Positions 39,250-49,347 of a stretch of DNA of 64,000 nucleotides are shown here, piece by piece. Under the pieces are notes generated by a model. It saw only the letters and a list, made by a program, of their open reading frames with translations. It was not told where the DNA came from and made no database searches. Every line of letters starts with the position of its first letter. Position 1 is the stretch's first letter. Source of the stretch: an uncultured Eubacteriales bacterium. GTDB taxonomy: Bacteria > Bacillota > Clostridia > Christensenellales > UBA1242. The stretch is from positions 2,522-66,521 of the forward strand of contig CAPERS010000001.1 of assembly GCA_948607205.1 (NCBI GenBank). Reading direction: 5' to 3'. A program made the translations under genes and the position numbers.

Positions 39250-42200
39250 TCACCTTTTTTTAATGTAAATTGTGATATTTTCGCCATTAACAGAAAGTTG
39301 AGCGCTGTTTGTGCCATTTGTGCCAACAGAAAAACTGTCTGCAAGAAGGGTCTTTTTGAAAGAAGTTTGATTTTTGTTTAGAATTTCAATAAATTCTTTA
39401 TCACCCTCAACTTGAATTTCTATATGGTTGACAACTTCAAAGCCACTATCTTTTCTGAGGTTTTGCACCTTGCTGACAAACTCATTGATCATACCTTTTT
39501 CAATAAGGTCATCACTAAGTGTTGTGTCAAGTACAACAGTGAAAACGCCATCGCTCTCTGATGAATAGCCTTCTTTGTTTTTAAGAGAAATTAGAAGGTC
39601 ATCTTGATAGATTTCAACCTTTTCTCCATTTGTTTCAAAAGTCAAAGCCTCACCTTTTTTAACTTTGGCAACCGCTTCATTTGGATTAACTTTGCCGAGA
39701 TATTCTCTTATAGCACCCAAAAGTTTGCCATATTTTGGCCCAAGCGTTTTGAGTTGAGGTTTGAGTTCATATGAAACATACTCATCAGCGTCATGCAAGA
39801 TTTCAACGCTCTCAACATTGAGTTCGTCTTCAATCAGCATAACAAGGCCTTTGTCAAGAGTCAACTTATCAGTTGAACAAATGATAACCTTTGAAAGTGG
39901 CTGACGGTTTTTAACTCCACTTGCTGAACGGCAAGCTCTTCCTAGAAGAACAATTCTAAGAACTTTTTCCATACCCTCGTTAAGTTTAGTATCAATCATA
40001 CTCTCATCACAAACTGGATATGAGCAGAAATGCACACTCTCTGGCGCATTTTTGTCGAGCGAACGAACAAGATTTTGATAAATCTCTTCTGCAATGAAAG
40101 GCACAAAAGGAGCGATAAGTTTAGATAGCCCAACAAGCACTTCATAGAGCGTCTTGTAAGCAGAAATTTTATCCTCACTTTCCTCACTACCCCAAAATCT
40201 TTCACGCGAACGGCGAACATACCAGTTGGAAAGGTTATCCACAAACTCAGTGATTGCACGAGAAGGCGTGACAGTGTCATACCTTTCAAGACTTTCGTCA
40301 ACGAGCTTTACAAGTGCGTTATATTCCGACAAAAGCCACTTATCAAGGAAAGAAAGCTTGCATTTTTTGAGGTCATATTTGGTCGGATCAATCTTATCAA
40401 TCTCAGCATACAGCACGTAGAACGCATACACATTCCAAAGTGTGCCCATAAATTTGCGTTGAAGCTCAATGAGGTTATTTTCATTAAACGCAATGCCTTG
40501 ACCTGCCAAACAGTTATTGTAGAAATACCATCTTAATCCGTCAGCGCCTTCATTGTCCAAAATCTTCCAAGGATCAATACCATTGCCAAGAGATTTGCTC
40601 ATTTTCAGACCATGTTCGTCGAGAACAAGACCCAAAAGGTTGCAAGCTTTATATGAAGGCTTGTCAAAAACAGCAGTGTTAACCGCTTGAAGAGTGTAGA
40701 ACCAGCCACGAGTTTGGTCAATCGCCTCACTAATATAGTCTGCAGGGAAAGATTTTTCAAAAACTTCCTTGTTTTCAAATGGATAGTGATATTGTGCAAA
40801 AGGCATTGAACCACTGTCGAACCAGCAGTCCATAACCTCAGGTGTTCTTTTCATGGTCTTATGACAAACTGGGCAAGGGAAAGTTATCTTATCAAGGCTT
40901 GGCTTGTGTAGGTCATCTGGTCGAACGCCAGAAAGTTTTTCAAGTTCATCCACACTTCCAACAACGTGAATGTGACCATCTTCACAGGTCCAGAATGGAA
41001 GAGGTGTTCCCCAATATCTGCTTCTTGAAATTCCCCAATCGATGTTATTTGCAAGGAAATTGCCCATTCTGCCCGCTTTGATGTGGTCAGGACGCCAATA
41101 AACTGAATTGTTGTTCTCAATCATTTTGTCCTTGATTGCAGTGGTCTTCACAAACCAAGTGTCCTTCGCGTAGTATAAAAGTGGCGATTTGCATCTCCAA
41201 CAATGTGGATAAGAGTGTTCGATAGGCGCAACTTTAAAAAGCTGGTCTCTTTCTTCAAGCGTTTTGATAACGTGTTTGTCTGCATCTTTCACAAAAAGTC
41301 CAGCAAATTCAGTTTCCTTGCTCATCTTTCCTGCTTCGTCAACAAGTTGAACAAAATCGATATCATATTTTTTGCAAACGTTATAGTCATCTTCACCAAA
41401 GGCTGGCGCGATGTGAACTATGCCTGTTCCGTCTTCGGTTGTGACATAGTCATCATTAACAACAAAGTATCCCTTTTTAACTTTATCTTTTGCATAGTCA
41501 AAAAGTGGTGCATAGCGGTGACCTTCAAACTCTTTACCCTTCTTTTTTGATACAATGTTATAACTTCCCTCTTCAAAAAGAGTTGGAACAAGTTTTGTGA
41601 GCATGATATATTTCTTGCCTTCACTTTCAAGTGTGCAATATTCCTCTTTTGGATTCATGCAAAGTGCAACATTTGATGGCAATGTCCATGGCGTTGTTGT
41701 CCAAACAAGAAAATATGTGTTTTCTTCTTCAAGACTTTTGAATTTGACAAATACTGAGTTTTCTTTGAGAATTTTATAGTTATCGCCGTTTTCAAGTTCC
41801 ATTTTAGAAAGCGTTGTTCCACAGCGTGGGCAGTATGGCATAATTTTATGGCCTTTGTATATAAGACCTTTTTTGTCCATTTCCTTGAGCGCCCAAAAAA
41901 CGCTTTCGATATAGTTATTTTCATATGTGATGTATGGACTTTCCATATCAACCCAATATCCAATTCGGTCAGTGAATTTTTCCCACATACCTTTGTATTT
42001 CCAAACAGATTCGCGGCAAAGTTTTATGAAGTTTTCAACTCCATACTTTTCAATGTCTTGCTTGCCGTTAAGCCCAAGTTCTTTCTCAATTTCAACCTCG
42101 ACAGGAAGGCCGTGAGTATCCCAGCCTGCTTTTCGGAAAATATAGTATCCCTTCATTGATTTGAAACGTGGGATAATGTCTTTCATGGCACGAGTCAAAA

Positions 42201-42378
42201 GGTGACCAATGTGTGGCTTGCCGTTTGCTGTTGGTGGGCCATCATAAAGTGTGAAAGTTTTGTCACTGTTTTCGTGAAGGTGAAGTCCTTTTTTAACAAT
42301 GCCATTTTCTTCCCAAAATTTTAAGATATTGTCCTCGTTTTTTAAGAAATCAAGTTTGGTTTCAACTTTTTTATACAT
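39250..42378 (-). CDS. ileS: isoleucyl-tRNA synthetase (long type-2 form)
   Basis: 1042 aa. PPTANGKPHIGH (HIGH) and KMSKS motifs. Preceded by a T-box leader with an AUC specifier. Confidence 0.97.
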   Translation of the reverse strand: MYKKVETKLDFLKNEDNILKFWEENGIVKKGLHLHENSDKTFTLYDGPPTANGKPHIGHLLTRAMKDIIPRFKSMKGYYIFRKAGWDTHGLPVEVEIEKELGLNGKQDIEKYGVENFIKLCRESVWKYKGMWEKFTDRIGYWVDMESPYITYENNYIESVFWALKEMDKKGLIYKGHKIMPYCPRCGTTLSKMELENGDNYKILKENSVFVKFKSLEEENTYFLVWTTTPWTLPSNVALCMNPKEEYCTLESEGKKYIMLTKLVPTLFEEGSYNIVSKKKGKEFEGHRYAPLFDYAKDKVKKGYFVVNDDYVTTEDGTGIVHIAPAFGEDDYNVCKKYDIDFVQLVDEAGKMSKETEFAGLFVKDADKHVIKTLEERDQLFKVAPIEHSYPHCWRCKSPLLYYAKDTWFVKTTAIKDKMIENNNSVYWRPDHIKAGRMGNFLANNIDWGISRSRYWGTPLPFWTCEDGHIHVVGSVDELEKLSGVRPDDLHKPSLDKITFPCPVCHKTMKRTPEVMDCWFDSGSMPFAQYHYPFENKEVFEKSFPADYISEAIDQTRGWFYTLQAVNTAVFDKPSYKACNLLGLVLDEHGLKMSKSLGNGIDPWKILDNEGADGLRWYFYNNCLAGQGIAFNENNLIELQRKFMGTLWNVYAFYVLYAEIDKIDPTKYDLKKCKLSFLDKWLLSEYNALVKLVDESLERYDTVTPSRAITEFVDNLSNWYVRRSRERFWGSEESEDKISAYKTLYEVLVGLSKLIAPFVPFIAEEIYQNLVRSLDKNAPESVHFCSYPVCDESMIDTKLNEGMEKVLRIVLLGRACRSASGVKNRQPLSKVIICSTDKLTLDKGLVMLIEDELNVESVEILHDADEYVSYELKPQLKTLGPKYGKLLGAIREYLGKVNPNEAVAKVKKGEALTFETNGEKVEIYQDDLLISLKNKEGYSSESDGVFTVVLDTTLSDDLIEKGMINEFVSKVQNLRKDSGFEVVNHIEIQVEGDKEFIEILNKNQTSFKKTLLADSFSVGTNGTNSAQLSVNGENITIYIKKR

Positions 42379-42757
42379 TTCTTATCTCCTTTTCTTTCCA
42401 AAAATTGTTTATGTTTAAAAAGCGACACGCCGTGCATAATGCACACGCAAAAGCACGAGGAGTTACAAGACCTCGTGCTTAAAAAAGGTTATACCACTTG
42501 TAAACTTATAGCAGGCAATCACCCACCTCTTCTGTTACGGGAAGACCCGACTTTTCCTACTTGGAACACGACCTGTTTTTTTGAGTATATCGAATTTGTA
42601 ACCAAATTCGAATCCCCTAAAAGCAGATGAAGTCTGTTGGGAGAAGCAACTCCGAAAGTGATAACTTCAAAAGTTCGACTGCCATTTCACACCAACCAAT
42701 GACTCTCTGAAAATCTCGCTTTTGCGTCTTGTCTTTCATCAACGCATTTATAAATCA
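42379..42757 (-). promoter_or_regulatory. T-box riboswitch leader, Ile (AUC) specifier
   Basis: Minus strand shows the stem I elements AGAGAG and GGTGTGAAA. Candidate specifier GTT-ATC-A at 42660-42662. T-box-like AAGTGGTATAACC at 42487-42500. Terminator AAGCACGAGG/CCTCGTGCTT plus TTTT at 42446-42482. Confidence 0.75.
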
Positions 42758-42762
42758 CAAAT

Positions 42763-42791
42763 ATTATATTTAATTGTAAAAAATTTGTCAA
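42763..42791 (-). promoter_or_regulatory. consensus sigma-A promoter of the ileS T-box leader
   Basis: Minus strand TTGACA (42786-42791), 17 nt spacer, TATAAT (42763-42768). Confidence 0.65.
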
Positions 42792-42813
42792 GCGTTTTTG
42801 AAACATGAAAATT

Positions 42814-43533
42814 TTAGTATTTTTCAAGTATTGCATTTGCTTCAATTACGTCTTTACCTGTCATGATTCCAAGTGGCTTTTCTTTCATTTTGCCAGTTTT
42901 GGTGATGAGTATTGCAAGAAGTTTGGCATTGCCATGAAATGCATTGAGCGCATCTTCAAGACTGAGTTTTGAATTTGCAACAAGATAATAGTCATTATTG
43001 TCAATTGAAGAAAGCATATCTTCAATTTTAACACTTGACAGAAAAACATCTGCTTTTCCGCCCGCTAATATAAACTGACCAAATGAGTCAAGAATCTTTT
43101 GCCCATTTGCTATTCCGATAAGATTTTCGCCGTCATAGACTGGAATGTTTGAATATTTTGATTTTGTCATCATGATTATAACATCTTTCATCTTGGCATT
43201 TGCTTCACAAATCAAAACATCTTTGCGAGCAACAGTGTCAAGCACAAGTGGTGGCTTATTGATAAGCTTTTCGATATGCTCAATGTTTTCAACAACCGAC
43301 TCGTGTGGTTCAGCAATCACTATGTCTTCATTGTTGTTATGGATAATTGCATTCCTAAGCCTGCCATAATCCACAAGGTCATCTTCATATTTTCTGACAA
43401 CATAGTTAAGACTGACAGTCTTTCTGATAAGTTCAGAAAAACCCATTGCACGATTAAAACTATATCGCGTTTTAAGTGAATATTCAATATTATTAAAAGC
43501 CTTTAAAAATCTTTTTGCGTTTGAAACAGACAT
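42814..43533 (-). CDS. CBS-pair protein with N-terminal HEPN-like (RNxxxH) domain
   Basis: 239 aa. N-terminal about 100 aa helical region with DYGRLRNAIIH (Rx4H). C-terminal CBS-like repeats (VLICEANAKMKDVIIMMTKSKYSNIPVYD; LGIMTGKDVI). Confidence 0.7.
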   Translation of the reverse strand: MSVSNAKRFLKAFNNIEYSLKTRYSFNRAMGFSELIRKTVSLNYVVRKYEDDLVDYGRLRNAIIHNNNEDIVIAEPHESVVENIEHIEKLINKPPLVLDTVARKDVLICEANAKMKDVIIMMTKSKYSNIPVYDGENLIGIANGQKILDSFGQFILAGGKADVFLSSVKIEDMLSSIDNNDYYLVANSKLSLEDALNAFHGNAKLLAILITKTGKMKEKPLGIMTGKDVIEANAILEKY

Positions 43534-43672
43534 TTTTTTCTCCTATGAGCAATTCGCCCTCTCATATTATCATTATAGACAAATTTTTGTTTTTTTGAAA
43601 ATGATTTTGACCGGAATGCTGAAAATTTGCCATTTTTTGCAAAAAAAGAAGGTAAAACGCAAAAACAATCGC

Positions 43673-43701
43673 TTGCAAAAAGGCAAAAAGCATGCTATAA
43701 T
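43673..43701 (+). promoter_or_regulatory. sigma-A promoter of SRP RNA
   Basis: TTGCAA (43673-43678), 17 nt spacer, TATAAT (43696-43701). Confidence 0.6.
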
Positions 43702-43706
43702 AATTC

Positions 43707-43979
43707 AGTCGAGCTAGATGGAGAGTTAGCGGTGCTCTGTAACCTACAATCCGCTATATGTAGGGTTGAATGCTTGCCTCGGTTTAGTTAAGTCAAATAT
43801 GTGTATAAATTTTTGATGTTGAAATCAAGGTCCTATGCAAAAGGAATCTTCGAACCATGTCAGGCCCTGACGGGAGCATCATTAAGAGGACACTCCTTTG
43901 TGCCATAGGGAAACTTTGGTGGAGTCAAAAATTTATAAGGCAGTTGGTTTAACTCTATCAAAGCAAGTTGCTCGGCTTT
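43707..43979 (+). ncRNA. ffs: signal recognition particle RNA, large Bacillus-type (scRNA with Alu domain)
   Basis: GTTAGCGGTGCTCTGTAACCTACAATCCGCTATATGTAGGGTTGAAT parallels the B. subtilis scRNA Alu domain. GTCAGGCCCTGACGGGAGCATC parallels the conserved domain IV GUCAGGUCCGGAAGGAAGCAGC. The 5' CGAGC pairs with the 3' GCTCG. Ends are approximate. Confidence 0.85.
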
Positions 43980-43987
43980 AAAAAATC

Positions 43988-44008
43988 AAGCACCTTAGGT
44001 GCTTTTTA
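43988..44008 (+). terminator. rho-independent terminator after SRP RNA
   Basis: AAGCACC-TTA-GGTGCTT followed by TTTT. Confidence 0.7.
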
Positions 44009-44084
44009 ATAAGAATACACTCATTCCATTTGTGTATTCTTGCATACTTAAAAAATACTGAACACTAATTGTTCAGCATTTTTT

Positions 44085-44474
44085 TTATTTCTTAGGCTCT
44101 GTTTCTTTGATTTTTTGCTCGGCTTTTTTGATGCCTTTTTTCATTTTTGATTTGGCGTCTTTAACAACCTTCTCTGCTTTCTCGGCACCCATCTTGATTT
44201 CTTTTTCAATCATGTCAGCGTTTTTTTCTGTCTTTTTCTTGGCATTCGCTTCCATTTTTTGAACGTTTTTTTGAGCCTTTTGTGCGCCTTTTTGAATTTT
44301 GCTTTCAAGTTCGCCCATTCCAGCCTCGGCTTTCTTTTCAAGTGTTTTTGCACTTTTTATAAGCTTTTGCTCACCTTGCTTAACAAGTTCTTGTGCATTT
44401 TGGTTGTATTTATATAAAAGTGCACCAGTCACAAGCCCAAATCCAAAACCAAGCATTAACATAACGTCTTTCAT
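44085..44474 (-). CDS. YtxH-like membrane-anchored coiled-coil stress protein
   Basis: Start moved to the ATG at 44474 behind AGGGAGGG. N-terminal TM LMLGFGFGLVTGALLY followed by K/E/A-rich helical repeats. 129 aa. Confidence 0.6.
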   Translation of the reverse strand: MKDVMLMLGFGFGLVTGALLYKYNQNAQELVKQGEQKLIKSAKTLEKKAEAGMGELESKIQKGAQKAQKNVQKMEANAKKKTEKNADMIEKEIKMGAEKAEKVVKDAKSKMKKGIKKAEQKIKETEPKK

Positions 44475-44559
44475 TTTGCCCTCCCTATGCCTATTATCTG
44501 CACCTTTCGACAAAATATACATAAGGCTAAAATAAAAAATCGGAAACTTATTCCGACTT

Positions 44560-44778
44560 TTAACAATTATATGGATGAAATTCTTCATCATTCGCTTTTT
44601 CACAAACTGCATCAGTGTTTGTAAAACCAACTTCTTTTTTTTCATTTATAGCGATACTTTTATCAAAATGATGTTTAACTGGCTGTTTTTTCCAACGATA
44701 CACTTGGTTGACAACAACTATTGTCACCATTGTTCCGACCATCGTTGCAAGCACAAATGGTAATAGCAGTTTTATCAT
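44560..44778 (-). CDS. small single-pass membrane protein, 72 aa
   Basis: AAGGAGAAAAA RBS. TM segment LLLPFVLATMVGTMVTIVVV. Confidence 0.55.
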   Translation of the reverse strand: MIKLLLPFVLATMVGTMVTIVVVNQVYRWKKQPVKHHFDKSIAINEKKEVGFTNTDAVCEKANDEEFHPYNC

Positions 44779-44796
44779 AATTTTTTCTCCTTATAT

Positions 44797-45186
44797 TTAT
44801 TTTGCCTTGTTTGCTTTTTCTCTGCGTTTATAGTAATCCTCAATCGCGTCACGGATTGTTTCCTCTGCGAGAACTGAGCAGTGAATTTTGTGCGCTGGCA
44901 TTGTGCCAAGAATATTGAAAACATCTTTGTTTGTCACTTTGAGTGCTTCATCGATTGTTTTGCCTTTGATAAGGTCGCAAGCAACATCAGTTGAAGCGAT
45001 TGCTGCACAACATCCAAAAGTTTTGAATTTTGCGTCTTCAATGATTCCTTCATCGCTGATTTTAAGATACATTTTCATAATATCACCGCAAGCAGCATTG
45101 CCAACCTTGCCAACCCCGTTTGCGCCACGAAGAGAACCAGCATTTTTCGGATTTTTAAATCTATCAATGATTTGTTGACTATACAT
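44797..45186 (-). CDS. nifU: Fe-S cluster assembly scaffold protein (NifU/IscU type)
   Basis: GNAACGD, FKTFGCCAAIAS, HCS conserved Cys motifs, 129 aa, downstream of nifS. Confidence 0.9.
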   Translation of the reverse strand: MYSQQIIDRFKNPKNAGSLRGANGVGKVGNAACGDIMKMYLKISDEGIIEDAKFKTFGCCAAIASTDVACDLIKGKTIDEALKVTNKDVFNILGTMPAHKIHCSVLAEETIRDAIEDYYKRREKANKAK

Positions 45187-45188
45187 CT

Positions 45189-46361
45189 TTATTTCCTCCC
45201 TGCTTTTGTAATAGGCGAAATGCCTCTAAGTTTTGCAACCGCTTTTTCGAGTACGTCGATTGTGTAATCAACGTCGCTCTTTGAAATGTTTTTACCGAAT
45301 GAGAAGCGAATTGAACCTTGTGCGATTTCGTCTGGCACGCCAATTGCTCTCAAAACGTGTGATGGTTCAAGTGAATTTGAAGTGCAAGCAGATGCTGTTG
45401 AAACAGCCACACCTTCGAGGTCAAGAAGCATCAAAATTGACTCACCTTCAATCATATCAAATGAAATGTTGACAGTGCCATTGATTTTTTGATGTGGATG
45501 ACCATTAACTTGAATATAATGAATTCTTTCTTTCACTTTTGTAATGAAATATTCGCGGACTGTTTTAAGTTTTTGCTGATTAATTGAAAGGTCACGAACA
45601 GCGATTTCAATCGCCTTACCAAAGCCAGCAATTGCAGGAACATTTGTTGTTCCGCCACGCTTAGCCCTTTCTTGATTTCCGCCTGAGAAAAGATTTTCAA
45701 TTCTCACGCCGTTTTTAAGATAAAGTGCACCAGCGCCTTTTGGTCCATAAATTTTGTGAGCAGACATACTCATTGCGTCAATTTCCATGTCTTGAACATC
45801 AATCTTGACAGCACCGATTGCTTGAACAGCGTCAGTGTGGAAAATGATACCATATTCATGCGCAGTCTTTGCAATTGCTTTAATATTTTGGATTGTTCCA
45901 ATCTCGTTGTTAACAGTCATGATTGAAACAAGAGTTGTTGTCTTTTTGATTGCATGAAGAAGGTCAGCAATGTTGACAAGACCATGCTTGTCCACTGGCA
46001 AATATGTCACTTCAAAGCCTTCCTTTTCAAGTTGCTTGCATGAATCAAGCACCGCGTGATGTTCAATTGAACTCACAATAATATGTTTTCCCTTGTTTGC
46101 ATAAGCGTGAGCAATGCCTTTGATTGCCCAGTTGTCCGCTTCAGTTCCGCCAGAAGTGAAGTAAATCTCATTAGATTTTTGTGCATTGATTGCATGAGCG
46201 ACGCGGTCTCTTGCCCTATCAACTATGGCAGACGCTTCACGACCAAAGCCATGAAGAGAACTTGAATTGCCATAGATAGTGTTAAAGCAAGGAAGCATTT
46301 CTGCAAGAACTTCGCTTGAAACATAGGTGGTAGATGCGTTATCTAGATAAACTTTTCTCAT
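45189..46361 (-). CDS. nifS: cysteine desulfurase NifS
   Basis: 390 aa. MSAHKIYGPKG PLP-lysine motif and SASACTS active-site Cys loop. Confidence 0.92.
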   Translation of the reverse strand: MRKVYLDNASTTYVSSEVLAEMLPCFNTIYGNSSSLHGFGREASAIVDRARDRVAHAINAQKSNEIYFTSGGTEADNWAIKGIAHAYANKGKHIIVSSIEHHAVLDSCKQLEKEGFEVTYLPVDKHGLVNIADLLHAIKKTTTLVSIMTVNNEIGTIQNIKAIAKTAHEYGIIFHTDAVQAIGAVKIDVQDMEIDAMSMSAHKIYGPKGAGALYLKNGVRIENLFSGGNQERAKRGGTTNVPAIAGFGKAIEIAVRDLSINQQKLKTVREYFITKVKERIHYIQVNGHPHQKINGTVNISFDMIEGESILMLLDLEGVAVSTASACTSNSLEPSHVLRAIGVPDEIAQGSIRFSFGKNISKSDVDYTIDVLEKAVAKLRGISPITKAGRK

Positions 46362-46469
46362 AATTTCTCCCTTTTATATGTCAATTTTATCACTAGCACG
46401 AGCCAAAGTCAATATCTAGAAAAAAATTATTTAATAAAAACGACATATTTTTTGCAAAAAAAGCTATTT

Positions 46470-46781
46470 TTACTTCAAATAACTGTTAATAGTGTCAATC
46501 AAGTCCTCTTTTTGCCAAAGTCCAATATGCTTTTCAACCTCTTTGCCATTTTCAAATAGTATGAGAGTTGGAATTGACATAATGCCAAAACTTCTTGCAA
46601 GTTTTTCGTCATTGTCAACGTCAACTTTATATATTTCAACTTTGCCTTCAAGTTCCTTTTGAACATCTTCCAAAATGACTGCCATCATTCTGCATGGTCC
46701 GCACCAAGATGCAAAAAAGTCAACAAGAACAAGTCCTTCTTTTGTTGCAGACTCAAACTCTTTTTCATTTATAACTTTCAT
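46470..46781 (-). CDS. trxA: thioredoxin
   Basis: WCGPC active site, 103 aa. Confidence 0.92.
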   Translation of the reverse strand: MKVINEKEFESATKEGLVLVDFFASWCGPCRMMAVILEDVQKELEGKVEIYKVDVDNDEKLARSFGIMSIPTLILFENGKEVEKHIGLWQKEDLIDTINSYLK

Positions 46782-47485
46782 AAATCCTCCATTTTTTCAT
46801 TTAAAATTTTGTTTATAACAATCGCGCCAATTGTGATTCCGCACATGGCAGGAACATAACTTATGCTTCCAACAGTTGTGCCAACGCTGACTGCTTTGTC
46901 TTCGCTGGTGACAACTTCAAGGCTGTCAATACCCTCTGCGCGAAGACGCTTTCTCATAACCTTTGCAAGACCATCGTCATGAGTTTTATAGATATCAGTC
47001 AGATAAAATCTTGGCACGCCCGTGCGATTGCCTGCGCCCATGGCAGAAATAATTTTTATATTCTTTTTCTTGCAATGGCATATAAGTGAAACTTTGTCAC
47101 TGACACTGTCGATTGCGTCAATAACATAGTCAAAACTCTCATCAATCAAACTCGCAACATTTTCAGCGTTAAGTTTTGTGTCAATTGCTTGAATGAGCAT
47201 ATTATCATTGATTTCCAAAAGTTGATTTTTTAAAACTTCCACCTTGGATTTGCCTATTGTTCCCAAAAGTGCAACAACTTGACGATTGATGTTTGAAGAT
47301 GTGACTTTGTCAAAGTCTATCAGTGTCATTTTTTCAACGCCTGAACGCGCAAGAATGGTTGCCACATAGCCACCGACACCGCCGACACCAACAACAGCAA
47401 TATTTTTGCTTTTGATTTTTTCTTGTCCTGATTTTCCTATCAAGATTTCATTTCGAGATGTGTCCATAATATTATTATAACTCAT
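46778..47485 (-). CDS. tcdA: tRNA threonylcarbamoyladenosine dehydratase (ThiF/E1-like, TcdA/CsdL)
   Basis: VVGVGGVGGY Rossmann motif, 235 aa, ATGA overlap with trxA. Confidence 0.75.
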   Translation of the reverse strand: MSYNNIMDTSRNEILIGKSGQEKIKSKNIAVVGVGGVGGYVATILARSGVEKMTLIDFDKVTSSNINRQVVALLGTIGKSKVEVLKNQLLEINDNMLIQAIDTKLNAENVASLIDESFDYVIDAIDSVSDKVSLICHCKKKNIKIISAMGAGNRTGVPRFYLTDIYKTHDDGLAKVMRKRLRAEGIDSLEVVTSEDKAVSVGTTVGSISYVPAMCGITIGAIVINKILNEKMEDL

Positions 47486-47510
47486 TATTCACTTTTCACA
47501 AAATGATTGG

Positions 47511-48806
47511 TTATAAAACATACTTTTTAAGGTCAAATTTTTTCTTTGTTTCAGAGAATGCTTTTTGAACATATGCTCTGTCAATTTTGACTTCCATCAT
47601 TGGATGCTGTCCGTTTGCGTTGAAAGAGATGTCTTCAAGAAGACTTTCCATAATTGTGTGCAGTCTGCGCGCACCGATATTTTCACTTGTTTCATTTTCA
47701 GCCACTGTCATTTCAGAAATTTCGTCAATGGCATCATCTGTGAAGACGAGGTCGATATTGTCAACTTTCAATATGCTTGCATACTGCAAAATGATAGAGT
47801 TTTTGGTTTCAGATAAAATCTTTTTAAAATCATCCTTAGTGAGATTGTCAAGGTCAACTCTGATTGGAAAACGGCCTTGAAGTTCTGGTATCATATCCGT
47901 TATGTTTGAAACGTGAAAAGCGCCCGATGCGATAAAAAGAATGAAATCTGTTTTAACGTTGCCATACTTGGTTGCAACTGTTGAGCCTTCAACGATTGGC
48001 AAAATATCTCTTTGCACGCCTTCTCTTGAAACGTCTTGATTTGATGAGCCACCGTTCTTGCCAATAATCTTGTCAATTTCGTCAATGAAGATAATTCCTT
48101 CTTCTTCAGTCCTTCTTATTGCCTCTGCATACACATTGTCTTGGTCAATGATTTTGTCGCATTCTTCACTCGCCAACATTTCGCGAGCGCGAGAAACAGT
48201 CATTTTCCTCTTTTTGTGCCTTGGTGGCATAAGATTATCAAACATAGAACCAAGATTGATTTCTGGTCCACCGATTGCAAGCATAGGTTTTGGATTGTCA
48301 ACGACGCTTATTTCAATATGCTCATTTTCAAGTTTGCCACTTTTGAGTTCATTTTCAACAATTGTTCTGTCAACTTCCAAATTTTCAGCACGCCTTGTGT
48401 CACAGATTGCATCAACAAGTTTTTTCTCAACAATCGGATTGACTTTTGCCTGACTTTCATGCATTTGCTCGTCTTTAACCATTCGAACAGCAACTTCAAC
48501 AAGGTCGCGCACCATGCTTTCGACATCACGACCAACATAGCCAACTTCGGTATATTTTGTTGCTTCAATTTTGATAAATGGTGCTTTGACAAGTTTTGCA
48601 AGACGTCTTGCAATTTCAGTTTTGCCCACACCTGTTGGGCCTTTCATGATAATATTTTTTGGAGTTATTTCTTCGCGAAGTTCTTTTGAAAGCTTGCTTC
48701 TTCTGTATCTATTTCGAAGTGCAATTGCAACTGCTCTTTTTGCTTTGGCTTGACCGATGATATATTTGTCAAGTTCTTCAACAATTTCTCTTGGTGTAAA
48801 GTTCAT
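47511..48806 (-). CDS. hslU: ATP-dependent protease ATPase subunit HslU
   Basis: Start at the ATG at 48806 behind GAGGAGG. MNFTPREIVEELDKYIIGQ, GPTGVGKTEIARRLA Walker A, IFIDEIDK Walker B. Confidence 0.93.
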   Translation of the reverse strand: MNFTPREIVEELDKYIIGQAKAKRAVAIALRNRYRRSKLSKELREEITPKNIIMKGPTGVGKTEIARRLAKLVKAPFIKIEATKYTEVGYVGRDVESMVRDLVEVAVRMVKDEQMHESQAKVNPIVEKKLVDAICDTRRAENLEVDRTIVENELKSGKLENEHIEISVVDNPKPMLAIGGPEINLGSMFDNLMPPRHKKRKMTVSRAREMLASEECDKIIDQDNVYAEAIRRTEEEGIIFIDEIDKIIGKNGGSSNQDVSREGVQRDILPIVEGSTVATKYGNVKTDFILFIASGAFHVSNITDMIPELQGRFPIRVDLDNLTKDDFKKILSETKNSIILQYASILKVDNIDLVFTDDAIDEISEMTVAENETSENIGARRLHTIMESLLEDISFNANGQHPMMEVKIDRAYVQKAFSETKKKFDLKKYVL

Positions 48807-48807
48807 A

Positions 48808-49347
48808 TTAAACCTCCTCAACTATAATATGGTCATTTGTGAACACACAAATTTGGCTTGCAATTTCAAGAGATTTATATGCAATCTCCTTTGCGGACAG
48901 GTTTGTGTTTTGATAAAGTGCTTTTGCTGATGCATAAGCGTAGTTTCCGCCTGAGCCAATCGCACAAATGCCTTCATCTGGCTCAATAACTTCACCATTG
49001 CCAGAAATAACAAGAAGTTGATTTTTGTCTGCAACAATCATAAGTGCATCAAGTTGCCTTGACGCCTTGTCTTCGCGCCAAGTTTGAGCAAGTTCGACAG
49101 CACTTCTCATAAGATTGCCTGAAAACTTATTGAGCATACCTTCAAAGCGCTCGCAGAGTGAAAAAGCATCACTCACACCACCTGCAAAGCCTATAACGAC
49201 GCTGTCATTGAAAATTCTTCTCACTTTTTTTGCGTTACTTTTGAAGATAACGCTTTGTGACATAGTCACTTGACCATCTCCTGCAATGGCAATCTTACCA
49301 TCACGCACAACTCCACATATTGTTGTTCCTCTAAACATGCTTTCCAT
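48808..49347 (-). CDS. hslV: ATP-dependent protease subunit HslV (CodW-like)
   Basis: MESMFRGTTICGV parallels B. subtilis CodW MSSFHATTIFAV. GSGGNYA motif. 179 aa. Confidence 0.93.
   Translation of the reverse strand: MESMFRGTTICGVVRDGKIAIAGDGQVTMSQSVIFKSNAKKVRRIFNDSVVIGFAGGVSDAFSLCERFEGMLNKFSGNLMRSAVELAQTWREDKASRQLDALMIVADKNQLLVISGNGEVIEPDEGICAIGSGGNYAYASAKALYQNTNLSAKEIAYKSLEIASQICVFTNDHIIVEEV

Noticed and set aside
44475-44645. N-terminal 57-codon extension of the YtxH-like ORF
   Set aside because: The extension overlaps the well-supported 72-aa gene (44560..44778) and has no RBS. The internal ATG at 44474 has AGGGAGGG and gives a typical YtxH architecture.
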